Below are positions 9,855 to 19,925 of a DNA stretch of 64,000 bases, piece by piece; the first letter of the stretch is position 1, and each line of letters begins with the position of its first letter. The stretch spans positions 306,361 to 370,360 of the forward strand of contig CAZAZU010000001.1 of assembly GCA_964490105.1 (NCBI GenBank), read 5' to 3'. Below the pieces are notes generated by a model that searched no databases, had not been told where the DNA came from, and worked only from the letters and a program-made list of their open reading frames with translations. Source of the stretch: an uncultured Gammaproteobacteria bacterium (lineage in GTDB: Bacteria > Patescibacteriota > Microgenomatia > Levybacterales > UBA12049). The translations under genes and the position numbers were made by a program.

Positions 9855-12404
9855 TTATTTTTTATACACTGTAATCGTTAGTGGTGAGGCATCAAGACCC
9901 GCAATTGTATAATCTTTATCATTCAGAAATAGCATGCTTGTATCTTTTTTAAATTCTTTTATGACTTTGTAATTTTCTTTATTGAGTCGTCTGGTCAGAT
10001 CTTTTTTTGGAGAATTGTATTGAATTTCTCCCTCAACTTCATGATTCGTAATGACAATTACCTCAGGGAGCATCTTAGTGTTTGCGTCAACTATTTCATA
10101 CTTAAACTTGTTTTTGCTTCCAATACCATACTCTTTAAAATAAAATTCTTTTTGTAATTTATCTGGTATGTTTTGATAAATTGGTATATTTTCAAGTCCA
10201 ATTACCCAACCAGCTGGAATATTTTCTACTATCCAGTCGGAAGATTCTGACTGTAGGCTCTTAGTATATTTTGTTCCGATCCACGCTAGAGAAAAACAAA
10301 TCTGCGTTAGTATAATGGAAATTAAAATTAAATTTGACAGAATCTTAAATTTACTTTTCTTATCCCACAATCTCCATGCAATTGAAATTATTAATACAAA
10401 AAAAGGAAGGAGAACTAACGCCCTATTCCCACCTGCGTAAGCCTTAAGAGTTACTAAGCTTGATAGAAAAAGCATGAAAGAAAAAATAGTAAATATTTCC
10501 TGCTTATAATTCTTAAGTGATTTATTTAATCCGGATTTAAAAATTGAAGTAATTAAAAAAGCTAAAGACAAAATGAATAATGCTAATAATCCAGCTCCGA
10601 ATACCACTAAATAGTGTTTTAAGAAAACATAAATAATAAGATTTTCTCCACCTCTTATATTTTCAGAAGCTTTGGGGAATATAACCAGGTTTTCATATAA
10701 ATATCTGTAAATATTTCCAGTTCCGAATAATGTATCAGGAAAACCAAAAAGAATAGCGGTAAATAAAATCACAAAAAAACCAAACACCAGAAACCTTATG
10801 TTTTTTATTTTTTCTTTCTGAAACATTAGGTATGAGAGCAAATAAATTGGGATTAAAGACAGTACGCTGATCTTTACTGAAAGGGCCATTCCGACTGGAA
10901 TTCCTGCAATAATATAATTAATTCCTGTTGGGTTTTTCGAAAATTTGATGAAGAAGTAAATGCTCAGAAGTATAAAAAACATTAATGCGACATCGTACTT
11001 AAAGTATCCGCTTAACATTAGCCAGAGCGGATTAAAAGTGAATAATGTTATAGCAATTCTCTTTGGAATTTTTAGTAAATCAGATATTTTATAAACTAAA
11101 ATAATTGATAGGATTCCCCATATAACTGTGGTAAGTCTTAGCAGGATAAAAATATTCTGTCTTGCCATAAGATCATCTATCTTTAACTCAAAAGGATTAA
11201 CTATTCCTAAAAGTGTAAAAGGGATTAGGTAAAGACCGGATAATACAAAATGAAGCATAGTCCCATTTGCTGAACCCTCTATATTTGGCGTCCCGTATGC
11301 GTAGGTTGATCTTACAGCTTGAAGCTGATGCCACTCATCCATATGATATGGAAACGGATGGGAAATATTTGGAATTCCATAATTAACCGTTAGAAGCATT
11401 AAAAAAATGTATACTAACAAAACAAAAATCAAAAACTTACTTTTAATCAAAATGGAAACAAATTTTTTATAGCTAAACCTCTTGGCTATTCCAAGAGTAG
11501 TTCCTAATAAAACGGCTACGTCAGATGTAATTTGAAGTAGAGGAAGAATTAATAATGCCTTTTTATCATCTACGTATTTATAATTTTTCTTTACTACCCA
11601 GATAAAATATAAAACAATTGCTGCTGGAAAAATCAATAATCCGCTCCATGATCTTTCTAGAAAACACAAGAATAAAAAATAAAATCCGATAAAATATCTC
11701 AGGTAAATTAATGGAACCTGAGGCCTAATAAATAATGCTCTCCCATCTCCTTTTGCATAACCTAGAAATTGAAAAAATGCTTCTTTCAAATTATTTTTTT
11801 GCTCCCAATAAACAACTGCATTTTTTACAAAGATAAATTTGGAACCTTTTTCTTTTAATCTTTTAGCAAATACCAGATCCTCACATGTATCAAGCCACTC
11901 AGGGTATTTATTTTTATGCCAAACTTTTTTTCTGAAAGCGACCGAACGGGAAGAAGGTAAGAAGTCGTTTTCATTTACTTTGTCAGGCATTACGCAAGTA
12001 TATGCAGCCAAACATTTTTTAAATATATTTCCTGTAACTGGTTTATAAAATCCGGATACAGTGTCAATCTCCAAATCTTCAAACGGTTTAGAAATATTTT
12101 TAACCCAATTTTTATCGAGGCTGCAGCCAAAATCCGTTACAAGAATTATTTCATTTGAGGAATTCTTAATAGCAAAGTTACGGCCCACTGACCTGTTTCC
12201 TTTTTTTTGAAGAATTTTAATTTTCAACCTTTTTTTACTTCTTTTTACTATTTTTTCTTTTAATTTTTCTACAGTTTTATCTATACTTCCTCCATCTACT
12301 ATTATTAATTCATCGGGAAGAAGCGTTTGAGAAAATAATGATTTGAAAAATCTATCTACGTTATTTTCTTCATTTATGACGGTAGCTATAAGAGATAATC
12401 TCAT
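9855..12404 (-). CDS. Fusion of an N-terminal GT2 domain and a GT-C (ArnT/PMT-like) membrane domain
   Basis: ELIIVDGGSID and GRNFAI in the first ~250 aa, then HMDEWHQ and many TM helices. Confidence 0.8.
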   Translation of the reverse strand: MRLSLIATVINEENNVDRFFKSLFSQTLLPDELIIVDGGSIDKTVEKLKEKIVKRSKKRLKIKILQKKGNRSVGRNFAIKNSSNEIILVTDFGCSLDKNWVKNISKPFEDLEIDTVSGFYKPVTGNIFKKCLAAYTCVMPDKVNENDFLPSSRSVAFRKKVWHKNKYPEWLDTCEDLVFAKRLKEKGSKFIFVKNAVVYWEQKNNLKEAFFQFLGYAKGDGRALFIRPQVPLIYLRYFIGFYFLFLCFLERSWSGLLIFPAAIVLYFIWVVKKNYKYVDDKKALLILPLLQITSDVAVLLGTTLGIAKRFSYKKFVSILIKSKFLIFVLLVYIFLMLLTVNYGIPNISHPFPYHMDEWHQLQAVRSTYAYGTPNIEGSANGTMLHFVLSGLYLIPFTLLGIVNPFELKIDDLMARQNIFILLRLTTVIWGILSIILVYKISDLLKIPKRIAITLFTFNPLWLMLSGYFKYDVALMFFILLSIYFFIKFSKNPTGINYIIAGIPVGMALSVKISVLSLIPIYLLSYLMFQKEKIKNIRFLVFGFFVILFTAILFGFPDTLFGTGNIYRYLYENLVIFPKASENIRGGENLIIYVFLKHYLVVFGAGLLALFILSLAFLITSIFKSGLNKSLKNYKQEIFTIFSFMLFLSSLVTLKAYAGGNRALVLLPFFVLIISIAWRLWDKKSKFKILSNLILISIILTQICFSLAWIGTKYTKSLQSESSDWIVENIPAGWVIGLENIPIYQNIPDKLQKEFYFKEYGIGSKNKFKYEIVDANTKMLPEVIVITNHEVEGEIQYNSPKKDLTRRLNKENYKVIKEFKKDTSMLFLNDKDYTIAGLDASPLTITVYKK

Positions 12405-12479
12405 AATTTTTTATGATTATACCTGAATTAGTCGTCAAGGCAAGCTTGTTAAATAGCAATTTTTTGTTAGAATATACGA

Positions 12480-13823
12480 ATGCAAAAGATAGTTACGGTA
12501 ATTGGAATTGGGAGAGTCGGACTACCTCTTGCATTATTAATCTCCAGCAAAGGCTATACCGTATACGGAATAGGAAGAAACGAGAGTAAGATTGATCTCT
12601 TAAAGAAAGGCATCATGCCATTCAAAGAAGAAGGCGGAAATTTACTTAAAAAAAATATTAATAAAACTTTTATACCAACCACTAACTACGAGTTCGCTAA
12701 AAAATCAAACATTATCATATTAACACTAGGAACCCCGATCGACGAGAACATGAATCCAGTTCTTAGTCAAATTGACAGCGCTATTAATAAATTAATTCCA
12801 TTCTTACAAAAAAAACAGTTAATAATTTTAAGAAGCACAGTTTCCCCCCAAACAACAGAATATGTAAAAGAAAAAATAGAAATGTCTACAAAATTAAAAG
12901 TGGGCCATGATATCTTCCTTTCTTATTGTCCCGAAAGAATTGCGCAAGGAAAAGCAATTACTGAAACTAAAAGTATTCCTCAAATAATTGGGGGCATTAA
13001 TGAAATTTCTTCCGAAAAATCAAAAATCTTTTTCGAATCAATTGGAATAAAGTGTATTTTAACCGATGACGTTAGCGCAGAACTTGCAAAGCTATTTACC
13101 AATATGTACAGATACATATCCTTTGCAATCTCAAACGAATTTATGGTTATTGCGGAAAATTACAACAAAAACATCCATGAAATAATAAATCTTATAAATA
13201 AGGATTATAAAAGAGGCGGGCTGGCATTACCCGGACTGACAGCAGGTCCATGCTTATTTAAAGATGGCTTTTTCTTGATCAATGATAACCCCTACTTAGA
13301 TCTAATTACAGCCTCCTGGAAAATCAATGAATCACTACCATTGTTTTTAATTAAGAAAATGAAAGAAAAAACACCCCTTAAAGGTAAAAGAGTTTTGATC
13401 CTGGGTGTTGCGTTCAAACCGCAAATTGATGACATCAGGGAATCATTAAGCTTTAAATTACGCAAAGCATTACTTAGAGAACACGCAGAAGTGATCCTGC
13501 ACGACCCCTTCGTAAAAAATTATCACTCTCAAGAAGTTCTAAAAAATCTGGATGATGCGCTAAAAAATGTCGATATGGTTTTCGTAGCTACGAGGCATAA
13601 TGTTTATTCTAGAGAAAAGAAAAAAATAATTTCTAAGCTTTCTAAGGAAACATATATTTGCGATGTTTGGAACGTATTTGATTTCAACAAATTAGTATTT
13701 AAGGCTGGAGAGATTAATTCTAAAAAAGTCAAAGGAAAACTTCTAAAAACATCAATAAATCATTCAAAAAGAAAAACAGCTGGAATCAGAGCTACGTCAA
13801 ATAACCTTACCAACATTAATTAA
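12480..13823 (+). CDS. UDP-glucose/GDP-mannose dehydrogenase family (WecC-like nucleotide-sugar dehydrogenase)
   Basis: GIGRVG, LRSTVSP, CPER, AGPCLFKD and AFKPQIDDIRES motifs. Confidence 0.9.
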   Translation: MQKIVTVIGIGRVGLPLALLISSKGYTVYGIGRNESKIDLLKKGIMPFKEEGGNLLKKNINKTFIPTTNYEFAKKSNIIILTLGTPIDENMNPVLSQIDSAINKLIPFLQKKQLIILRSTVSPQTTEYVKEKIEMSTKLKVGHDIFLSYCPERIAQGKAITETKSIPQIIGGINEISSEKSKIFFESIGIKCILTDDVSAELAKLFTNMYRYISFAISNEFMVIAENYNKNIHEIINLINKDYKRGGLALPGLTAGPCLFKDGFFLINDNPYLDLITASWKINESLPLFLIKKMKEKTPLKGKRVLILGVAFKPQIDDIRESLSFKLRKALLREHAEVILHDPFVKNYHSQEVLKNLDDALKNVDMVFVATRHNVYSREKKKIISKLSKETYICDVWNVFDFNKLVFKAGEINSKKVKGKLLKTSINHSKRKTAGIRATSNNLTNIN

Positions 13824-14773
13824 CTTGGGTTTGCTATATACCACTGCGCAGTCTTCTTAACTCCGTCCCTAAGACTTACCCTAGGCCTGAAACCTAATTT
13901 AGTAATCTTAGCTACATCAGGACACCTTCTTTGAGGGCTCCCGGGATTAATTTTTCCGGGTACCAATTCAACCTCATATTCCATTGCCCTACTGCACAGC
14001 TTAACTAAATCCTTAATAAGAACTTCATCCTGTCTTCCTATGTTGTACGTTTGAAGTGTTTTTGCATTACTTAGAAGAAGCATGAATGCGTCAGTAAAAT
14101 CGTCAATATATATAAATGAACGAGACTGATCTCCATTTCCCTGGATCTTAAATTCAGTTTTATTATGTTTTTTTAATTTATTAATTCCTAAAATAAATTG
14201 AGGAATAACATGCTCAAATCCCATTGCGGGGCCGTAAACATTATGCGGACGGAAAATCACCATTTTTTTAAATTTATTACCATTATTAATTGCCAATAAC
14301 TCCCCTATTATCTTACCTCCAGAATAAGAATAACGGGGATTATAAGGGTCAGGAACAATTAAGGGCGTACTTTCAGGCGTGGGTATTAATGAAGGCTCAT
14401 TATAGACCTCAGAGCTTGATGCAAAGAAGAATTCCTGTACGTTATTCTTGATAGAAGCGTCAAGAATATTTACCATTCCCTTAACTGCAACGTCTAGTAC
14501 GAGATCGGGTTTTTCGTAAAAAGTCTGGGTTCCATTTATATACGCCAGATGAATTACTGTACTAATCCCCTGGCATGCATCATCAACTATTTTTATATCT
14601 CGAATATCCCCCTTTATGAATTCAATTTTTTCGGAAAGCTTACCGAATTTATCAAATGATCCTCTTGACTCATTATCTAGTACTCTAACTGATTCACCTT
14701 TTTTCAAAAGAGAAAGAACTATAGATCTTCCAATAAATCCGCTCCCCCCAGTAACTAGATAGTTTTTTTTCAT
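13820..14773 (-). CDS. NAD-dependent epimerase/dehydratase (UDP-glucuronate decarboxylase-like SDR)
   Basis: TGGSGFIG, SSSEVY, YSGGK, RPHNVYGP and RRCPD motifs. Confidence 0.85.
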   Translation of the reverse strand: MKKNYLVTGGSGFIGRSIVLSLLKKGESVRVLDNESRGSFDKFGKLSEKIEFIKGDIRDIKIVDDACQGISTVIHLAYINGTQTFYEKPDLVLDVAVKGMVNILDASIKNNVQEFFFASSSEVYNEPSLIPTPESTPLIVPDPYNPRYSYSGGKIIGELLAINNGNKFKKMVIFRPHNVYGPAMGFEHVIPQFILGINKLKKHNKTEFKIQGNGDQSRSFIYIDDFTDAFMLLLSNAKTLQTYNIGRQDEVLIKDLVKLCSRAMEYEVELVPGKINPGSPQRRCPDVAKITKLGFRPRVSLRDGVKKTAQWYIANPS

Positions 14774-14829
14774 TTATAGTTTGCATTATACCGCACTTAT
14801 CTAACAGATAATTTGCGAATGTTTTTTTT

Positions 14830-15705
14830 ATGATTATAATAAGCATGATGAAAAAAAGGAAGACAATTATTTTTGGGGGAAGCGGTTTTCTGGGAACATA
14901 TCTATACAAAAATAGTCTATCTGATCATTTCCTTGCTCCAATACATAAAGAGGTTGACCTCTTGGATCAAGAAAAAGTCTTGAAATTCATTGATAAAAAC
15001 GAACCTTCGCAAATCATATATTTAGCCGGCGTTACAAAAATTGAAATAGCAGAATCTAATAAAGATCTAGCTGACATGCTAAATCACAAAATACCAAAAA
15101 TAATTGCGAAATACGCTTCTAAAAACGGGGTTCCTGTCTTATACACCTCAACTGATGCTGTTTTTGATGGATACAAATCTAAATTTCTATTTAGTGAAAC
15201 AGATAAACCATTACCAAAAAGTGATTACGGAAAAAGTAAATACTTGGGAGAAACTGCAATCATGAATTCCTCAAATAAAAACTGCGTCCTTCGGCTGATT
15301 ACACTCTTTGGAGAAAATAGAAAAAATTTTGCCACTATTCTTATCGACAGGTTAAAAAACAACTTAGAATTTGCGGGTATGATTGACCAAACTCAAAACC
15401 CCTTACTTGTAAACATAGCTGCGAAAGGAATAAATTTCAGCATTAATAATGAGATTAAAGGAATCTACCACATGGGTTCTCTTGATTATTTAACGAATTA
15501 TGATTTACTGATAAAAATTGCTAAAAAAAATAACCTAGAGACAGATTTAATAAAAAAAATAACATTTAAGGATTTTTACGGCGACAAAGCAAACTACAGA
15601 AAAAGGAATAGCGTTTTGATAGCTGAAAAATTTAATGAAATTTCAAACAGGGAAATTCTAAAAAACACAGATGAATCCATAGAAATATTTACTAAATCTA
15701 AGTGA
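14830..15705 (+). CDS. RmlD-like dTDP-4-dehydrorhamnose reductase
   Basis: GGSGFLG, STDAVFDG and YGKSK motifs. Confidence 0.8.
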   Translation: MIIISMMKKRKTIIFGGSGFLGTYLYKNSLSDHFLAPIHKEVDLLDQEKVLKFIDKNEPSQIIYLAGVTKIEIAESNKDLADMLNHKIPKIIAKYASKNGVPVLYTSTDAVFDGYKSKFLFSETDKPLPKSDYGKSKYLGETAIMNSSNKNCVLRLITLFGENRKNFATILIDRLKNNLEFAGMIDQTQNPLLVNIAAKGINFSINNEIKGIYHMGSLDYLTNYDLLIKIAKKNNLETDLIKKITFKDFYGDKANYRKRNSVLIAEKFNEISNREILKNTDESIEIFTKSK

Positions 15706-16963
15706 TTATTCTTGGCTTAGGTAATGGTTTTATGAATTTACCCTTAAAGCCTTTTTTTCTAAGATTTGAAATTAACTCATTTGATATGTGCCATGATAAT
15801 AGAAGCGCATAATCCGGCTGGTCTTTAAAAAGTCTTTCCTCATCAACGATCGGAATCAGAGTACCTGGAACATAATGGTTTATTTTATGTGACCCTTTTA
15901 TCTCAACAATTTTTTCAATTATTCCATCCTGAAGACCCAAATAATTAATGAGAGTTGTACCTCTTGATGGGGCACTTATCCCGTAAATTCTCCGTTTTTC
16001 ATTTTTTATACTACTTATAATTTTATACAGCTCTATTTTTGAACTAATTACATCGTTTTTAAATTTCTTAAATGAAGCTTGAGTGGTTACGGTTTCTTTT
16101 TCTTTTCTTAACTGTCTGGAAACCGATGCTTGTATCTTATGATTTCCTTTTAAAGAGGCATATACTCGAATTGACCCTCCATGAGAAGGTATTTCCTTAG
16201 CATGGAATATTTCGAGTCCGTGCATTTGTAATAAATTTCTTAAACTATGCAATGAATAATATCTTAAATGTTCGTGATAAATAGTGTCGTACTGTACTCC
16301 TTTTATTAACGAATATAAATAATGGGATTCACTTATGAATACTCCATCCTGCGTAAGAAGACTTTTAATATTATTAATAACCTCATGGGGCCTTTCGATA
16401 TGAGCAAAAACGTTTGCAGCTGTGACCAGTTTTGCTTTTCCATACTTCTTTATAATTTTATTAACGCTTTCTTTATTAAAATATTCTAAAATAGTAGGAA
16501 TTCCGTTTTTTATGGCAATCTTTCCGATATCTTCTGGCGTCACGCCAACTACCCGATGATTATCTTTAAAATTATTGAGAAGAGTTCCATCATTTGATCC
16601 AACGTCTACCACCAAATCATCCATTTCAATAATTTTTAATCGTGAGACTTCATTATATAGATCAAAAAAATTGTCCCGCAAAACCTTAGTTGTTCCGCTT
16701 GTATACGGGTAACTTTTAGGAAATAAAATTGTAGAATCAACTACTAACCCGATCTGAACCAGATGGCAGTTACTACAATACAATAGCTCTGCGGGATAAC
16801 TAGGCTGTTCAACAGGCGTAGCGCCAACTAAGGGCATCGAATTTACAGGCGGCATGTATCCCAGGAAAATTATAGATTTTAAATTTTTACTATGGCAAGT
16901 TTGACACGTCGTAACTGCAACACTTGAATTAGTTTTAAATGCTCTTGGAAGAACATCCTTCAT
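15698..16963 (-). CDS. NDP-sugar C-methyltransferase, paralog 2
   Basis: CQTC/CSNC, DVGSNDG, YHEHLRYY and HGGS motifs. Confidence 0.9.
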   Translation of the reverse strand: MKDVLPRAFKTNSSVAVTTCQTCHSKNLKSIIFLGYMPPVNSMPLVGATPVEQPSYPAELLYCSNCHLVQIGLVVDSTILFPKSYPYTSGTTKVLRDNFFDLYNEVSRLKIIEMDDLVVDVGSNDGTLLNNFKDNHRVVGVTPEDIGKIAIKNGIPTILEYFNKESVNKIIKKYGKAKLVTAANVFAHIERPHEVINNIKSLLTQDGVFISESHYLYSLIKGVQYDTIYHEHLRYYSLHSLRNLLQMHGLEIFHAKEIPSHGGSIRVYASLKGNHKIQASVSRQLRKEKETVTTQASFKKFKNDVISSKIELYKIISSIKNEKRRIYGISAPSRGTTLINYLGLQDGIIEKIVEIKGSHKINHYVPGTLIPIVDEERLFKDQPDYALLLSWHISNELISNLRKKGFKGKFIKPLPKPRIIT

Positions 16964-17052
16964 AACAAGTATTTATACATCATTAACTTTTTTTTGTCTA
17001 CAATTTATTGCTATGACGATCTAATTCTTTTTGCTACAATACTTCCTATTAA

Positions 17053-17919
17053 ATGAAACGCGTAGAAATACAAAGCTGTGTAATTTGTAAAAAAAAACAA
17101 TATTTAATTTTTAAATATCAAAGTTTCGAATTTTATAAGTGTAGTAATTGCCAATTAGTATCTACCTACCCTTTTCCTTCTGATCTTCAAATTAAAAAAC
17201 ATTATCAAGATGGATTTAGTAAAAGAAATTATAAAATTAAAAGAGAATATGCCATACAATATATTGAGGTTTATAAGCAAATTGCGAATATATTAGACAA
17301 AGAACTAGATGGAAAATTAAAATCTAAAAAAGTTTTAGATGTAGGCTGCTTCACCGGTGAATTTCTGGAAATATTAAATAAAAGAGGAGCGGATGTTCGA
17401 GGAATTGAACTCCAGGAAGAAGCTGTAAAAATAGCCAATCGTAAACTTCCAGGAAAAATCATCCAAGCTGATTTAAATAATTATAAAATTAAAAAAGAAA
17501 AATTTGACGTTATTACACTTTTAGGCATTATCGAACACATTAAGGATCCACTATCCTTACTCAAACAATGCCACGATCTGCTTAATAAAGATGGGATTAT
17601 ATTAATTCAAACTCCTAATAGCTCATCCTTAATAGCTAAAACATTTAGACAGTTTTGGCCTCCATATTCTCCAGTGGAACACATTCATTTATTTGGCAGG
17701 AAGAGCATGCTTAAAGCATTTGAACTTTCCGGATTTAATGAAACCAGCTTCAAAAATCATTGGAAAAAACTACCAGTTGGATATGTTTATCAAATGCTTG
17801 AAGTTTTTGGTCCGGAATTTAAGAAAGCTTTAAATCCTGTAGCCAAAGTGATAAATAAATCAAAGATTTCTCTACCTTTCTATGTAGGTGAGATGATTAT
17901 CATTGGACGTAAAAAATAA
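17053..17919 (+). CDS. Class I SAM-dependent methyltransferase with N-terminal Zn ribbon
   Basis: CVIC/CSNC, VLDVGCFTG and IEHIKDP motifs. Confidence 0.85.
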   Translation: MKRVEIQSCVICKKKQYLIFKYQSFEFYKCSNCQLVSTYPFPSDLQIKKHYQDGFSKRNYKIKREYAIQYIEVYKQIANILDKELDGKLKSKKVLDVGCFTGEFLEILNKRGADVRGIELQEEAVKIANRKLPGKIIQADLNNYKIKKEKFDVITLLGIIEHIKDPLSLLKQCHDLLNKDGIILIQTPNSSSLIAKTFRQFWPPYSPVEHIHLFGRKSMLKAFELSGFNETSFKNHWKKLPVGYVYQMLEVFGPEFKKALNPVAKVINKSKISLPFYVGEMIIIGRKK

Positions 17920-17953
17920 ATTTCCAAATATGTCCATTTAATACATATTTATT

Positions 17954-19192
17954 ATGAAAAAAACAATTAACGTTATTAAAAGAAAAAATTGCAGAATCTG
18001 TAATAGTAAAAATTTATTCCAGATTCTTGATTTAGGAGTTTCTCCTCTTGCCGATTTATTTATTAAAAATCCCAGGATAAAAGAAAAAAAATTTCCACTC
18101 GTTGTATCTGTCTGTAAATCCTGTTTTTTAGTTCAGCTAATGCACGATGTTGATGATACCCTTTTATTCGGAAATAATTATGCATTTCATACAGGGGGAT
18201 CACCCTCATCTATTCCTTATTTTGAAAAATATGCAAATGATGTACTGGAAAAATATCCAAAGGAAGCAAAATCATTTACACTAGAAATCGCCAGCAATGA
18301 CGGAACTCTCCTTGAACATTTTCAAAAAGCTGGCTGCCGGATTTTAGGAGTTGATCCGGCTAAAAACGTAGTCGATATTGCGAATAATAGAAATATTGAA
18401 ACACTACCTTATTTTTTTAATAGTAATATAGCTAAGAAACTTTCTGAAGAAAAAGGCAAAGCCGGAATAATTATTGCAAATAATGTCATCGCCCATGTGA
18501 GTGACCCAAAAGATTTTATTAATGGAATCAAGCAAATGCTTTCAAAAAATGGTGTTGCCATAATCGAATGTCAGTATTTTCCATTCCTATTATTCAACAA
18601 TCAATTTGATAACGTTTACCATGAACATCGATCATTCTTTTCCCTGTCTCCATTGAATAAATTAATAAAAAAAGCGGGGTTAAAAATTATTGACGTTGAA
18701 GAACACGACACACAAGGAGGATCCATCAGATTTTTCTTAACTCATTCCAACAGCAAAAGAAAAGTAAAAAAAAGCGTAGCTGAAGTGTTAAAAAATGAAA
18801 AAGAAATTGGATTATTTAAAATAGAAACCTATGTGGGCATGGAGAGCAGAGTAAATTATACTAGAAATAAGCTTATTAGTATTCTAAAAGATTTAAAAAA
18901 AGATGGTTACTCAATTGCAGGATATGGAGCATCAGCTAAATCCACGACGCTTTTAAACTACTGCGGAATAGATTCAAGTTATTTAGATTACATATTCGAC
19001 AAGACTCCATATAAATTTGGTCTTTTTACACCAGGAACACATATACCCGTTGTTGGAGTGGAAGAAAAAAGACCGGATTTTTATCTGTTGTTAGTCTGGA
19101 ATTATACTTATGGTATTTTACAAAGGGAGCAAAAATTTAGAAAAAATGGAGGGAAATTTATATTAGCAATCCCAACTCCTAGAATTGTTTAG
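17954..19192 (+). CDS. NDP-sugar C-methyltransferase, paralog 3
   Basis: CRIC/CKSC, EIASNDG, YHEH and YGASAK motifs. Confidence 0.9.
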   Translation: MKKTINVIKRKNCRICNSKNLFQILDLGVSPLADLFIKNPRIKEKKFPLVVSVCKSCFLVQLMHDVDDTLLFGNNYAFHTGGSPSSIPYFEKYANDVLEKYPKEAKSFTLEIASNDGTLLEHFQKAGCRILGVDPAKNVVDIANNRNIETLPYFFNSNIAKKLSEEKGKAGIIIANNVIAHVSDPKDFINGIKQMLSKNGVAIIECQYFPFLLFNNQFDNVYHEHRSFFSLSPLNKLIKKAGLKIIDVEEHDTQGGSIRFFLTHSNSKRKVKKSVAEVLKNEKEIGLFKIETYVGMESRVNYTRNKLISILKDLKKDGYSIAGYGASAKSTTLLNYCGIDSSYLDYIFDKTPYKFGLFTPGTHIPVVGVEEKRPDFYLLLVWNYTYGILQREQKFRKNGGKFILAIPTPRIV

Positions 19193-19925
19193 ATAATTTT
19201 ACTAAATATTCTTCTTCTATTTTCATTCTTATTATAAAGATAAGAGAAACCATAAGCTCATGAATTCCCATCGTAGACTTACCATACTTTCTTGTGGTAA
19301 TTGTTACCGGTACTTCTCCAAACCTAAAACCCTTTCTGTTTAACTTATATGTTATTTCAGATAATGTGATGAATCCTGAAGATTTCATTTCTATACTGGA
19401 AAGATATTCAACCGCTTTCCTATCATAGAGCCTATAACCGGAAGTATAATCAGATAGTTTTATATCTAGCATTACATGAAGAAATTTATTAATTAATTTA
19501 CTTAATATTTTTCTTTTCGCTGATACCCTAACAGTTTTTCCGCCTTTGATGTATCTTGATCCTATCACCATTCCTAATTTATCTTTTTGAATTTTGTCTA
19601 AAAATCTTTTTAGGTGAGTTGTGTCATGGGAAAAATCAGCATCTATTTCATAGAAATATTTTGCATTTTTATACTTGAGTCCGTACTTAAAACCCTCTAA
19701 TACAGCACTTCCCCTTCCAAGCTTCCTACCCCGTGTTAAAAGGTCAATATTTTTAAATCTTTTTATTGCTTGCTTGGTTTTAAAACTTTCTCCTTTGTTG
19801 GAATCATCAACTATTATAATCCTAGAATTTGGAAACTCTTTCCTTATTCCTTTTATAACCATCGGAATATTTTTTGATTCATTATATGCAGGAATAATTA
19901 AATTAATGCTTGCTAGCTTTACCAT
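19179..19925 (-). CDS. DPM1-like polyprenol-phosphate glycosyltransferase (GT2)
   Basis: IIPAYNE, IVDDS, DADFSH, GSRY and DYTSGYR motifs. Confidence 0.9.
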   Translation of the reverse strand: MVKLASINLIIPAYNESKNIPMVIKGIRKEFPNSRIIIVDDSNKGESFKTKQAIKRFKNIDLLTRGRKLGRGSAVLEGFKYGLKYKNAKYFYEIDADFSHDTTHLKRFLDKIQKDKLGMVIGSRYIKGGKTVRVSAKRKILSKLINKFLHVMLDIKLSDYTSGYRLYDRKAVEYLSSIEMKSSGFITLSEITYKLNRKGFRFGEVPVTITTRKYGKSTMGIHELMVSLIFIIRMKIEEEYLVKLSKQF